A stretch of 64,000 nucleotides of DNA from SAR202 cluster bacterium (GTDB taxonomy: Bacteria; Chloroflexota; Dehalococcoidia; Lucifugimonadales; GCA-2712585), in contig VGZZ01000001.1 of the NCBI GenBank assembly GCA_016872285.1, forward strand, positions 101,536-165,535. Reading direction: 5' to 3'. The first letter of the stretch is position 1, and each line of letters opens with the position of its first letter. Shown here piece by piece: positions 17,993 to 27,978 of the stretch. The translations under genes were made by a program, and so were the position numbers. The notes beneath the pieces are model-generated. The model did not search any database. It saw only the letters and a program-made list of their open reading frames with translations, and was not told the origin of the DNA.

Positions 17993-19106
17993 ACGTCCTG
18001 TTCATCGTCGACTCATAATAGTCCACCACTCGCCACGCTACGCGCTCCCAGCTATACTGCCTCACCTCTTCCAGCCCCCTTCGCCCCATCTCAGCCCTCA
18101 TCTCAGTATCCTTCACCAGCCCCGCTAGCGCCTCCGCCAGCGACGCGCTGTCCTTTGGCCGCGCCAGCAGCGCCTGATGCCCGTTCCTGAGTATGTCCGA
18201 ATATCCCTCGATTTGTGTGGCTACTATAGGCTTCCCTAAAGCCATCGCCTCCAGCAGCACAATCCCAAAGCTCTCCTTCCCCGTGGCCGGCGAACAAAAA
18301 ATATCTGCCGTCTGGTAGTACCTGGGTAAATCAGAGTACCTAGCCGGCCCCACCATCACCAGGTCCTTCAGACTTCGCTCCGCCATAATCCTGTAACAAT
18401 TCCTGTCCGGGTCTCCCGGCCCCACAACTATGAGCCTTATGTTCGGAAACTCCCACTTAAGCTGGCCGTATGCCTCCAGCAGGTATCTAAGCCCCTTCCG
18501 CTTCTCCATCCTTCCCACAAACAAGATGTTCACTTTCCCGTCCTGGAACTCGGGCAGCGGTTTAACGCAAGGGTTAAAAAGCGACAGGTCGATACCGTTG
18601 GGTATGATTTCGTACTGCCGTGGAAAAAATCGCGCCACGTGTTTCTTCGCCGCCTGCGACACAGCAATGCAGCCGTCCAGCCGGTCAAACCAGTGGCGCA
18701 GCATTGGGCTGCTCCAGCCATACCACCGCCCGCTGCCGTGAAAGGCGTGGAATGTCCCTATATTGACTGATCTAGAGCATTGCAGCACCGCCAGCGGCAG
18801 ATACGGGGCCATAGGCTCGTGCAGGTGGATTACGTCAAATTCTTCCTCGGCCAGCAAGTCCCGCACCTTCTTATAGTTCCACGCTGAAAGCGATATGCGC
18901 GCTATGGAGCCGCCGCTGGGAATGGGCACAGACCGCCCCATGGGCACAAAGTTAGACTCCAAATCTTGCGCCCTCGATGGCGAAAACGGCGCCAGGACTT
19001 TTACCTGGTGGCCCATCATCTGAAGCTGATGGCTCAATTGCGTAATGTGCGCAGTCACACCGCCAGGCCAGGTGAAGTCGTATGGCGACACCAGGGCTAC
19101 CTTCAT
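17964..19106 (-). CDS. GT4-family glycosyltransferase (PimA-like)
   Basis: 380 aa with a GT-B fold pattern. The C-terminal region carries the E-x7-E-like region (ESFGIVLLEAMALGKPIV). Confidence 0.85.
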   Translation of the reverse strand: MKVALVSPYDFTWPGGVTAHITQLSHQLQMMGHQVKVLAPFSPSRAQDLESNFVPMGRSVPIPSGGSIARISLSAWNYKKVRDLLAEEEFDVIHLHEPMAPYLPLAVLQCSRSVNIGTFHAFHGSGRWYGWSSPMLRHWFDRLDGCIAVSQAAKKHVARFFPRQYEIIPNGIDLSLFNPCVKPLPEFQDGKVNILFVGRMEKRKGLRYLLEAYGQLKWEFPNIRLIVVGPGDPDRNCYRIMAERSLKDLVMVGPARYSDLPRYYQTADIFCSPATGKESFGIVLLEAMALGKPIVATQIEGYSDILRNGHQALLARPKDSASLAEALAGLVKDTEMRAEMGRRGLEEVRQYSWERVAWRVVDYYESTMNRTYGAAAARKA

Positions 19107-19137
19107 CAGGTCGCCTTTCTACCGTGTGGTGGGGTAA

Positions 19138-20214
19138 TTAACCCTTCTTATCTTCAATGAAGTCTTCCACCATCTGCCTCGCCTGATCGTCGCTGTACTG
19201 GATAGGCGGCGACTTCATGAAGTACGCGCTGGGCCCTTTAATCGCTCCGCTCTCGCCCCGGTCCAGAGCCAGCTTTATGCAGCGCACTGCATCTACCACC
19301 ACACCCGCAGAATTGGGGCTGTCCCACACTTCCAGCTTCACTTCGACGTTTATGGGCGCGCCGCCGAAGTTGTGGCCCTCCATCCGTATATAACACCACT
19401 TCCGGTCTTGCAGCCAGGGTATGTAGTCGCTGGGCCCTATATGCACGTTGTCCGCGCCGATGTCGTAGTCCAACTGGGACGTGACCGAGTTTGTCTTCGA
19501 TATCTTCTTGGACACCAGCCGCTCCCTCTCCAGCATGTTGAGGAAGTCTGTGTTTCCTCCAAAGTTAAGCTGGTAGGTGCGGTCTAAAATAACGCCTCTA
19601 TCCCGGAAAAGGCGGGTCAGCACTCGGTGGGTAATCGTCGCTCCCACCTGCGACTTGATGTCGTCTCCAATTACCGGCAGTCCCTTGGACTTGAAGCGGT
19701 TCTGCCAGTACTCCTCCCGCGCGATGAACACTGGTATGCAGTTAATGAACCCGCATCCAGCCGCCAGCACCTGCTCCACGTACCACTTGGTCGCCTCTTC
19801 GCTTCCGACGGGCAGGTAGTTTATAACGACGTCAACCTTGCGCTCCTTCAATATTCCCACTACGTCGGCTGTAGATCCCGGCGCCTTCTTCACTACGTCC
19901 GCCAGGTACTTGCCGACGCCGTCATGGGTCATCCCCCGGTCCACCTTAACCCCCGTATGCGGCACGTCGGCAAACTTTATCGTGTTGTTTGGCTTGCTGA
20001 ACACCGCCTCCGACAGGTCCTTCCCAACCTTATTGACGTCAATATCAAACGCCGCCACCACTTCAATATCCCCAATCTCGTAATCGCCGATGCGTGGGTG
20101 CATCAGACCGGGCACAAAGCCATCCTCAGGCACCTCACGGTACTTATGAAGGCCCTGCACCAGTGAGGAGGCACAGTTGCCCACGCCAATGATGGCTACA
20201 TTGATCTTTCCCAC
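19138..20214 (-). CDS. ino1: myo-inositol-1-phosphate synthase
   Basis: 358 aa with an N-terminal Rossmann motif ([14 protein letters not shown]) and a bacterial/archaeal-type MIPS core. GTG start preceded by AAGGAG. Confidence 0.85.
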   Translation of the reverse strand: MGKINVAIIGVGNCASSLVQGLHKYREVPEDGFVPGLMHPRIGDYEIGDIEVVAAFDIDVNKVGKDLSEAVFSKPNNTIKFADVPHTGVKVDRGMTHDGVGKYLADVVKKAPGSTADVVGILKERKVDVVINYLPVGSEEATKWYVEQVLAAGCGFINCIPVFIAREEYWQNRFKSKGLPVIGDDIKSQVGATITHRVLTRLFRDRGVILDRTYQLNFGGNTDFLNMLERERLVSKKISKTNSVTSQLDYDIGADNVHIGPSDYIPWLQDRKWCYIRMEGHNFGGAPINVEVKLEVWDSPNSAGVVVDAVRCIKLALDRGESGAIKGPSAYFMKSPPIQYSDDQARQMVEDFIEDKKG

Positions 20215-20394
20215 TCGGATTTTCTCCTTGCTACAGACTAATTTTAACCGTCATGCCGCGCTTCCGATGGATTGTAGCAACTTGAAAGGCACAACAACAA
20301 GTTTGGCAGAGCTATATGTAGCTCCACTGCTACAAAAGGCGGGTGTTCGCTTAAGATGCTAAGCGACGGGAAGTTAGCTCTCTGATATCCCTTT

Positions 20395-20710
<316 letters not shown>

Positions 20711-20752
20711 ACCGGCCTCGGTTGGCTTCTCAGGCTGAGGTAACGCTCCCGT

Positions 20753-21361
20753 CTAATTCGGCGCCTCTGTCTGATTAATAAACCCTATCTTCAGCGGCAA
20801 GTCATACGCCACCCACTTGTTTCCTATTATGTAATCTATACCCAGTGGTCCCCAGTGCCGCGAATCGTTGCTGTGCGTACGATTGTCCCCCATAACAAAA
20901 AATTCATCAGGTCCCAGCGTCTTGAAATCCATATACTCGCCCCGGGCCCGCTCCGTTCCTGCTACGTAGGGCTCGTCCAGCAGCTTACCGTTCAAATATG
21001 TGTACCCGTCCCTTATCGAAACCTGGTCCCCGGGCACTCCTATAACCCGCTTAACAAAGCTCCGTGCCGGGTCCCTTGGGTAACTGAACACCACAATACT
21101 CCCCCGTTGGGGTCCATCCTTCTGAAACGGCGTCATCTCCTCCTGTCCCGACGCGTCCCAAAAGGGAATAATGTCGGAGAACTTATCCATGTTCACTTTT
21201 AAATATGCCAGCTTGTTCACCGTCACATACTCGCCCGACTCCAAAGTCGGGTACATGCTGGAACCTTCCAACTGAAAGTTCTGAACGCTGACCTGGAGAA
21301 AGAAGAACACCACCAGCGCCATAATAAGGGCTTCTAGAAATTCTTTGGCCAAGTCGAACAT
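20753..21361 (-). CDS. lepB: Signal peptidase I
   Basis: S26 motifs GSSMYPTL (Ser), KRVIGVPGD (Lys) and GDNRTHSNDSR. Confidence 0.9.
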   Translation of the reverse strand: MFDLAKEFLEALIMALVVFFFLQVSVQNFQLEGSSMYPTLESGEYVTVNKLAYLKVNMDKFSDIIPFWDASGQEEMTPFQKDGPQRGSIVVFSYPRDPARSFVKRVIGVPGDQVSIRDGYTYLNGKLLDEPYVAGTERARGEYMDFKTLGPDEFFVMGDNRTHSNDSRHWGPLGIDYIIGNKWVAYDLPLKIGFINQTEAPN

Positions 21362-21499
21362 TGTGTTAAGAAAAATCCCTAATTTAAGAATTCCGACAAC
21401 TATTCTATATTAGCATGGGCATGCCCGGACAATTTTGAAACAACCGTTAAGAGCAGTATATGGATAAATTGTCCACTCTGGCGTTAATATCCACTGGTT

Positions 21500-22135
21500 A
21501 TGTCCATCAATCCCATCACTAGGATCAACCCCCCCTCCACCGTGGACCACCCTGCCTCTCACCCTCTTCTGCCCATCCTGGATAAACTGGGAAAGCAGTA
21601 CTGTTTCAACTGCGTAGTGGAAGAGCATCAGACCAGGGCCTACAACCTTGCCGTTCACATGCTTGGCGACTGGTCCCAGGCTGAAGACGCAACCCAGGAA
21701 GCCTTCATCTCCGCCTACCGCTCCTTCAACAATTATCGAGGCGTAAACCTAGCCGCCTGGCTCATGCGCATCGTCGCCAACTATTGCCGCGATATGCTCC
21801 GCATCCGCAAGTCCCGGCCCTCCCAGCCCTTGGACGTCCAGATCAACAACCCGGTCGACCGCGACGCCACCGAAACCAGTTCCCCCGAGAACCTCGCCCT
21901 GCGCAGCGAGCTGCGGCAGGCCATCAACAAGGGCCTGAACACCATCCACGTCGACCAGCGCCTAGCCCTCATCCTAGTGGACATAGAAGGCTTCAGTTAC
22001 GACGCGGCCGCCGAGGCCCTGGACTGCAATATCGGCACCATAAAGTCCCGCCTCAGCCGGGGCCGCGCCGCCCTAAGAAACTATTTGTTAAACCAGGGGG
22101 AACTTCTACCCCACTCTTTACGTCAATATAAGTAG
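21500..22135 (+). CDS. ECF-type RNA polymerase sigma factor
   Basis: Region 2 (AEDATQEAFISAYRSF) and region 4 HTH (FSYDAAAEALDCNIGTIKSRLSRGR). Confidence 0.85.
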   Translation: MSINPITRINPPSTVDHPASHPLLPILDKLGKQYCFNCVVEEHQTRAYNLAVHMLGDWSQAEDATQEAFISAYRSFNNYRGVNLAAWLMRIVANYCRDMLRIRKSRPSQPLDVQINNPVDRDATETSSPENLALRSELRQAINKGLNTIHVDQRLALILVDIEGFSYDAAAEALDCNIGTIKSRLSRGRAALRNYLLNQGELLPHSLRQYK

Positions 22136-22144
22136 GAAAAGTTT

Positions 22145-22918
22145 ATGCGACTCTTTGGCCATCGACATATAGCTGGTCAGGCGCTCACCGAGTACCTGGA
22201 CGATTGCATCTCTCCCGCCCGGCGGCAGAAGGTGGAAACCCACCTAACCGCCTGCCCGCGATGCCGCCAGGAGCTTGACTCCCTTCGCGCCACCGTTGCC
22301 GGTCTCCGCGCTATGTTCCAGACCCAGCCACGGCGCTCCTTCATTCTCCTCAATGCTCCTGACATGACACCCTACGCTCCCCGCGCTAAGTCCAGGGCGC
22401 CCTCTTGGGCCGTTGGCCTGGCCGCCTCTGCCGCCGCCCTCGCCCTGGTCGCCATTATATCCGTAGATGTTTTGGGCGGCCTGTCTTCGGGCGATCGTAA
22501 CACCCCCGTGGGCACTGCGGCGCTTCCTGAGGACAATGCGTCCTCTGCGGAAAACTATCGCGCCATAGACGGCCCCAAGTTCGCCGGCAACTTCGCGCCT
22601 GGCTCCTCCCCCTCACCCTCCGAGACCAGCGTCCCCTCCAAGCAGAAAGGCGCAGCCCCTGGCGTGACCGAGATTATCACCACCGGAGGCATCCCGGACC
22701 AGCCCGCCCCTACCGAGGTCGCTAGCATTCCCCAAGCGCCTGATCCCATCATCAGTGCTGACCAGGTCCCCGCCGTCATAGAAACTCCGTCTCTTAACGA
22801 AAGCGGCGGCACCTCTATCTACTGGCGAGTCCTGGAAGTCCTTCTGGCCGCTGGTGCCGTCGTCCTAGGCATCCTTTTCTTTCAACAACTGCGACGCCGT
22901 CCCCAGATACCTTTATGA
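22145..22918 (+). CDS. Anti-sigma factor (zf-HC2 type) with transmembrane segments
   Basis: The H-x3-C-x2-C motif (HLTACPRCRQE) lies directly after the sigma gene. A TM helix is followed by a Pro/Ser-rich extracytoplasmic part. Confidence 0.7.
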   Translation: MRLFGHRHIAGQALTEYLDDCISPARRQKVETHLTACPRCRQELDSLRATVAGLRAMFQTQPRRSFILLNAPDMTPYAPRAKSRAPSWAVGLAASAAALALVAIISVDVLGGLSSGDRNTPVGTAALPEDNASSAENYRAIDGPKFAGNFAPGSSPSPSETSVPSKQKGAAPGVTEIITTGGIPDQPAPTEVASIPQAPDPIISADQVPAVIETPSLNESGGTSIYWRVLEVLLAAGAVVLGILFFQQLRRRPQIPL

Positions 22919-22978
22919 CCAACCGTTCCCATTAAGTCTAAATTCCATAGGCCGGTCCATCCGGTCCCTACCCAATAA

Positions 22979-23018
22979 ATAGGCCGCCCTCACCCATCGG
23001 TGCGGCCTATTTCTATTC
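22979..23018 (+). terminator. Intrinsic terminator after the anti-sigma gene
   Basis: ATAGGCCGC...GCGGCCTAT stem followed by TTCTATT. Confidence 0.5.
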
Positions 23019-23071
23019 CGGTTTTCTCTGCTGTTGCCTAGCCCTTTCAGGCCGCTTCACATTGAATAGAT

Positions 23072-23185
23072 AAGGAGAAGCGGGGGATAGAGGGTGATGA
23101 GGTGGTCCTTATTTTCCTTCCCTCTTCTCCCGACTACGGGAGAAGAGGGACAAAGGGTGATGAGGGCGCCCCGATTAAAGACCAG
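23072..23185 (+). repeat. Mosaic hairpin repeat R3 (B module)
   Basis: GGGTGATGAGGTGGTCC...CCCTCTTCTCCCgactacGGGAGAAGAGGGacaaaGGGTGATGAGGGCG. Confidence 0.85.
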
Positions 23186-23235
23186 GTATTTATTTTGCAT
23201 CACGCGTTTGCGTGTGGGGAGTTAGGAAGGGGGTC

Positions 23236-23270
23236 CGAAAGAAAAGGGTGGAGAGTGGCAATCTCCACCC
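23236..23270 (-). terminator. Intrinsic terminator after the cyclase-family gene
   Basis: GGGTGGAGA...TCTCCACCC stem. On the minus strand it is followed by TTTTCTTT. Confidence 0.55.
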
Positions 23271-23296
23271 CAATGCAAACAGCGGTCCGCTATCCC

Positions 23297-24247
23297 TTAG
23301 AAAATCGCTATCGGATTCACCGGCGCGCCCGTCCCGTTGGCCAGTCGCAGCGGGTTCACCACCAGCATAAACTCGTACCGATTTTCCTGCTTGCACACCC
23401 GCGCCAGGTCCTCCAGATTGCAATTGTCCAAAATCCAGCACCCAATGGCCGTTAAGAGGATGCGGTGGACCGGCAGCGTGTACTCCTTATACCCGCTGGG
23501 CATCACATCTTGGGCCAGATCCCCTCCCAACATGGCGATGTCCCGCTGCTTCAGCCAGGGCAGGCACGCCGCTTGCAAGCCCGACCCTCCGTCAATCATC
23601 GGCCGGTTCGGCCCCTCCGCCTTCCGCCTCTCCCAGTTCCCAGACCGGATTATCAGTACATCCCCAGGCCCTACCTTCACACCAAACTTCTTCTCCGCCG
23701 CGTCCAGGTCTTCCGGATATATAGCTTCCCCGGGCTTCATGTACGGCACGCCCTTTAAAGTCGGGAAGTCCAGCAGCACGCCGCGAGTCACCACTCCGTC
23801 CTTCAGGTTGTCTATACTCTCCACCGACGCCCCCGTCCGGGTCCGAATAGCGTGCGACGGGAAGCCGTTGTACATCTTCCCATCCGCGAACATGTGGCAT
23901 AGCGCGTCCACGTGGGTGACTATCATCCCGTGGTACACCATGCCAATGTACTCCATAGCCCCCTGGGACGGCGACTCCGGCTTCCCCGGCGTGTCGTGCA
24001 TCCCCTCGCCGCTCTCCACCATGTACAACTGCGGCGGCACCGCGGCGTCAATCGACGGCTCCGCCACAATGGGCCGCGCCAGGCTCACCGTCAGCCCCTT
24101 CTTCACCAATCGCGTCGCCTCCAGCCGCTTCTGCGGCGTGACCAGGTTAATAGTTCCTAGCTGGTCCTCCTTGCCCCACCGGCCCCAGTTGCTCAGGGTC
24201 TTGTGCCACTGGGCGATTTCTTGAGATGTTGCGTTCTTGGGTGACAT
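23297..24247 (-). CDS. Cyclase-family protein (kynurenine-formamidase-like fold)
   Basis: 316 aa with an HVDALCH-type metal motif. SD GAGGAGGAG lies upstream of the ATG. Confidence 0.75.
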   Translation of the reverse strand: MSPKNATSQEIAQWHKTLSNWGRWGKEDQLGTINLVTPQKRLEATRLVKKGLTVSLARPIVAEPSIDAAVPPQLYMVESGEGMHDTPGKPESPSQGAMEYIGMVYHGMIVTHVDALCHMFADGKMYNGFPSHAIRTRTGASVESIDNLKDGVVTRGVLLDFPTLKGVPYMKPGEAIYPEDLDAAEKKFGVKVGPGDVLIIRSGNWERRKAEGPNRPMIDGGSGLQAACLPWLKQRDIAMLGGDLAQDVMPSGYKEYTLPVHRILLTAIGCWILDNCNLEDLARVCKQENRYEFMLVVNPLRLANGTGAPVNPIAIF

Positions 24248-24323
24248 AGCTCCTCCTCGTTGTGTCCGTTTTTTGCAAAAGGTGGCCCAATTCTAGGCAG
24301 GGTCTCTTGAGGGTGTCAAACGC

Positions 24324-24908
24324 CTAGCCAAAGGGCACCTTTCCCATCCCCTGACATATCTCCAGCCGCGCATACCTTATAAATATGCTTCCCAGAGGGT
24401 TTGCCAGCGGCGCGTTTACCGCCAGGCAGGCAATAACGTGCTTCTGACCGGGCTTGGCCTCCCTGGCAATTAGCAAGCGGTTCCGCCCGTTGTACCCAAT
24501 CACGGGCGATAGCTTCTGCGCCGCAATAGCCGCCGCCGGCTTTAAGTCTGGCCCGGGGTAATCCGCCCAGACCTCGCCGTAGTCGTCTATCGACGCCTCA
24601 AACCACACCTGCGCCCCCGCCACCGGCAGGCCCCGCACCTTCTCCGGCAGCGTAATCGTAAACCGGTACCACCCAAAAGTCAGTCCCGTGCTCACCGAGT
24701 CTCGAATGCTCTTAGGCGTTGCCCATCCCGAATCGTCAAAGCCCGCCAGCCGCGCCGCCACCTCTGTCTTCCTCTCTGCCGTCAGGCCCTGATTAGGCTG
24801 GCCGGGGTCTAAGCCCAGAGCAAACTTGATGCGCCCGTTGACCAGCTTCAACTCCTCCGGGCTGTCCAGGTCCAGTGTAATCATTCCCGATGCCTGCTGC
24901 GTAGTCAT
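24324..24908 (-). CDS. Hypothetical protein
   Basis: The ORF has a good SD (AAGGAGG) before the ATG at 24908. I recognise no family. Confidence 0.5.
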   Translation of the reverse strand: MTTQQASGMITLDLDSPEELKLVNGRIKFALGLDPGQPNQGLTAERKTEVAARLAGFDDSGWATPKSIRDSVSTGLTFGWYRFTITLPEKVRGLPVAGAQVWFEASIDDYGEVWADYPGPDLKPAAAIAAQKLSPVIGYNGRNRLLIAREAKPGQKHVIACLAVNAPLANPLGSIFIRYARLEICQGMGKVPFG

Positions 24909-24920
24909 CGTTTCCTCCTT

Positions 24921-24951
24921 AAAAGCCAACCGCCCCGATAAATCGGGGCGG
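24921..24951 (-). terminator. Hairpin between the amidohydrolase gene and the hypothetical gene
   Basis: CCGCCCCGA-taaa-TCGGGGCGG stem. On the minus strand it is followed by TTGGCTTTT. Confidence 0.5.
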
Positions 24952-24975
24952 TGGTTTATTGGTTAGCTCAGGCCT

Positions 24976-26211
24976 CTAGCTGGCGCGGCTGGCCTCTCGA
25001 GGCTGCATCCGCTCATGCGTCTTGGGGTCCAGATTCCAGAAGCGTATCCCGTTGTCGGACAGTATCTTCTTCTTCTGGCCGTCCGTCAGGTCGTCGCGCT
25101 CCAGCACCTTCTGCACGCTCCACGGCGACAGGCAGTCGAAGTGCGAGTAGTCGGACCCAATGATGATACCGCTCTCGCCCACCTTCTTGGTCAGCAGCGG
25201 CAGGAAGTCGGCCTCCTCAGGCTCGAAGCATATGAAAAGCTGGTCGCCGAAATAGTCCTTCGGCTCGTCCTTCCTCAGCTTGGGCGCGCCGTCGGGCATA
25301 ATCTCATAGTGCTCCTCCAGACGCTCCAGGTAGTAAGGGAGCCAACCCGCACCCTGCTCAATCCACGCGACCTTCAGGTCCGGGAACTTGTCCAGCACGC
25401 CGCTGGCGATGAACCCGCACACTGAGAACGGCGCGTCGATGCCCATAAACAGGTGCTTCAGGAACTCGGTGTCCAGTCGGCGCATCCCCACCGACTCGTG
25501 AAGCTGCTGGTGTATCGAAACTGGCATCCCCAGCCTCACGCACTCCTCCAAGATTGGGTGGAACCGCTCCTTATACAGCCACTCGCCCTTGAACTGGCAG
25601 GGGAGATAAGCGCCTCCCAGACCCAGGTCGGCGGCGCGGTGCAGCTCCTTCAGCGCCAGCTTGGTGTCGTGCAGCGGAAGGATCATAGTCCCCCGCACCC
25701 GGTCGCGATACCCCTCCGTCCACTCTGTCACCCAGTCGTTCCACCCCCGGGCGAACCAGTAGGCCACCTCCGGGTTGTCGATGGTGTTCAGCAAGTTCTG
25801 ATGCAGGACGCAGAAGATAAAGGTCACATCAAACCCCTCGGCGTCCAGGTCCTTTATGCGCTCCTTTGGGCTGCGCTCTCCCTCCCGGTTGTACCACTGG
25901 TCCGGGTCGTGAGTGGAAAAGGTCGCCAGCTTGCCAAAAGGCCCGGTGCGGAAGTCCGAGTTGGGAAACACCTTGGAATGTTCCAAAATCCAGATGTTGT
26001 CGTAGTGCCGGGTGGAGTTTTTTTGTGTGCCGCCGCTCCGGGCCGCCCCCGCTACATCCTTCCAGTTGGGGTCCACAAACTTGCGCGGCGCCCACGGCTT
26101 CAGTTCGTCCGGAAAGCGCTTCCACAGCTCGCACTTGCTCTCGTCCACGTGTGAGTCTGAATCGACGATGTAATAGTCAGGCAACGTCCCACCAACATAC
26201 TTGCGAGGCAT
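24976..26211 (-). CDS. Amidohydrolase_2-family metal-dependent hydrolase/decarboxylase-like protein
   Basis: 411 aa with N-terminal DSDSHVDE and C-terminal IIGSDYSHFD motifs consistent with a TIM-barrel amidohydrolase. Confidence 0.75.
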   Translation of the reverse strand: MPRKYVGGTLPDYYIVDSDSHVDESKCELWKRFPDELKPWAPRKFVDPNWKDVAGAARSGGTQKNSTRHYDNIWILEHSKVFPNSDFRTGPFGKLATFSTHDPDQWYNREGERSPKERIKDLDAEGFDVTFIFCVLHQNLLNTIDNPEVAYWFARGWNDWVTEWTEGYRDRVRGTMILPLHDTKLALKELHRAADLGLGGAYLPCQFKGEWLYKERFHPILEECVRLGMPVSIHQQLHESVGMRRLDTEFLKHLFMGIDAPFSVCGFIASGVLDKFPDLKVAWIEQGAGWLPYYLERLEEHYEIMPDGAPKLRKDEPKDYFGDQLFICFEPEEADFLPLLTKKVGESGIIIGSDYSHFDCLSPWSVQKVLERDDLTDGQKKKILSDNGIRFWNLDPKTHERMQPREASRAS

Positions 26212-26377
26212 AAAACAGAGTCCTCCTGAATGCGGTTTCTGACGGCCATTATACTCCTAACCCTAGCCGAGACAAACTGGCCCTATCAAATTCCAGTCTC
26301 CCTAATCCTCTATCTCTGCCCTCAGCACACGTCTGATGCCAGTTAAGAACTGGGGTTAATTAACAAGAAACGGAATT

Positions 26378-26530
26378 GTCATTCCGGGCGGCAAACTCGA
26401 TGTACTCATCGGGACGCAGTTGAGCACCTTTACTTGACTATTCAATCGCGAAATCCCGATGTTAATCGGGTCGAGGAATCTGTTATGACGGTAACCTCGA
26501 TTGTCATCTCACTGACACGACCCGGGTCTC
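26378..26530 (+). repeat. E-family repeat E1
   Basis: GTCATTCCGGGCGG...CATCGGGACGCAGTTGAGC and AAATCCCGATGTTAATCGGGTCGAGGAATCT. Related to the GTCATTCTGAGCG...GAAGAATCT copies. Confidence 0.65.
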
Positions 26531-26580
26531 TTATAGCCTACAGCTGCAATCACACCTATAAACTAGCATCAGCCCGTCCA

Positions 26581-27510
26581 TTATCTCCGTCGATGATACT
26601 TCACCACCCGACGCTTTCGGCCGAACTCCCCGGGCTGCACCACATAAACGTCTCCAAGCGAGTCCACCCACGCCCCATGGCAGCTTCGATTGACCTCCGA
26701 CCCCCACCTCGCCACCCGTTCCACCCTATCCCCATCTATCGACACAACGCTGAACTTTCCGCTGTTATGCTCGGGTATATAGGCTACGTTATTATTGTCC
26801 ACATGTATGACCGCCGGGCCTATCAGCTCCAGGGGCCATACTGAAATTAGTTCTCCATCCGTGGAAAACACCTGCACCCTGTCATTCTCCCGGTCCGCTA
26901 CCAGCACCCGATCCTGCCGGTCAATCCAAACCCCGTGTGGCAAGTTAAACTGACCGCGCCCCTTTCCAGGCTGGCCCCAGGACTTAATTAACTTCCCCTC
27001 TGCTGTAAATTGATGGACCCGGCTGTTAGCATAGCCGTCAGCCACGAAAATATCGCCCGTCGAAGACACCGCCACACCCGCTGGAAGATGAAAAGGCTTG
27101 CCCCCGTGGGTCACCCTTGTGAAGGCGTTGGACGAAAAGTCGTCCTCTGGCACTCCCGTGTCCGAGCGATATCCCTTCACCCCTATCGACATCTGTATCT
27201 TGCCGTCCGATGTGAACTTCATTACCTGGCCCTGATCCCTATCCACCAGCCAGACATTGTCCTTGGCATCCAGGTAAACGGCATGCGGCATCCGAAAAAT
27301 TCCCTCACCCCACGAGTAAAGAAACTTGCCCTCTCGATCAAACACCATCACCGGATGCGGCCCTCTATCGAAAACATATACCCTATCCCGCGAATCCCCG
27401 GCTACCGCAGCCGACGTCATACCCCACTCAGCAGGCAGCCGCGCCCACTCTTCATCGACTTCATAAGTAAACTCGCCTTGCCCCACCCTTTTCACCATAA
27501 CCTCCCTCAT
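26581..27510 (-). CDS. NHL-repeat beta-propeller protein
   Basis: Repeated ...D..DR..V.D..N.RVQVF-type blades (VADRENDRVQVFSTDG, VDRDQGQVMKFTSDG). Confidence 0.75.
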   Translation of the reverse strand: MREVMVKRVGQGEFTYEVDEEWARLPAEWGMTSAAVAGDSRDRVYVFDRGPHPVMVFDREGKFLYSWGEGIFRMPHAVYLDAKDNVWLVDRDQGQVMKFTSDGKIQMSIGVKGYRSDTGVPEDDFSSNAFTRVTHGGKPFHLPAGVAVSSTGDIFVADGYANSRVHQFTAEGKLIKSWGQPGKGRGQFNLPHGVWIDRQDRVLVADRENDRVQVFSTDGELISVWPLELIGPAVIHVDNNNVAYIPEHNSGKFSVVSIDGDRVERVARWGSEVNRSCHGAWVDSLGDVYVVQPGEFGRKRRVVKYHRRR

Positions 27511-27644
27511 CTTTACCGATATGCGGCAATAATACTCAATACATCTGCGTTTTCAGGATGCTAACATTCCATTCATATACTGTCAAAGCCGTGCAATCAG
27601 AGTGCAAAATGACAACTCAGGGTTAAGGTCCCATCTACTCAAGT

Positions 27645-27815
27645 GTCCCCTCTTCTCCTATTGAGAAGGGCCTGCCTTAGTACCCCCGAAGGAAGAAGAA
27701 GGGGTTAGGGGATGATGAGGTGATCCTATTATCTCTTCCCCTTCCAGCAGGCTGTACTCAGTCCCGATGCAGTCGGGAAAGGGGGAAAAGGGGATGGTGT
27801 CCCAATGCGAACGAG
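27645..27815 (+). repeat. Mosaic hairpin repeat R4 (A-like + C module with nested insertion)
   Basis: CCCCTCTTCTCCTATTG..., GGGGATGATGAGGTGATCC and CTTCCCCTTCCAGCAGG interrupted by CCCGATGCAGTCGGG, then GGGGATGGTGTCCC. Confidence 0.8.
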
Positions 27816-27978
27816 GCCGGCATTTACGTATCACCTGGTACTAAACCCATCCCTAAGACTAGCCCCAAAAAGACCCCATAATCTGGCAAGCAACCAGGGA
27901 ACCTTTTCAAAAAGCACCGCGTCTTATTCATTGAAGAGGTCACGCAAACCAAACATCCAACCTGGAGGAACCGCCCCA

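Noticed and set aside
23102-23455. ORFs sharing peptide motifs such as SSPDYGRRGTKGDEG, GIGGDEV or RDICFK (23102..23455, 32249..32584, 38012..38395, 42149..42658, 9923..10117, 20244..20471, 15424..15654)
   Set aside because: The shared peptides are simply translations of the repeat modules. The ORFs differ outside the repeats and have no start-site signals.
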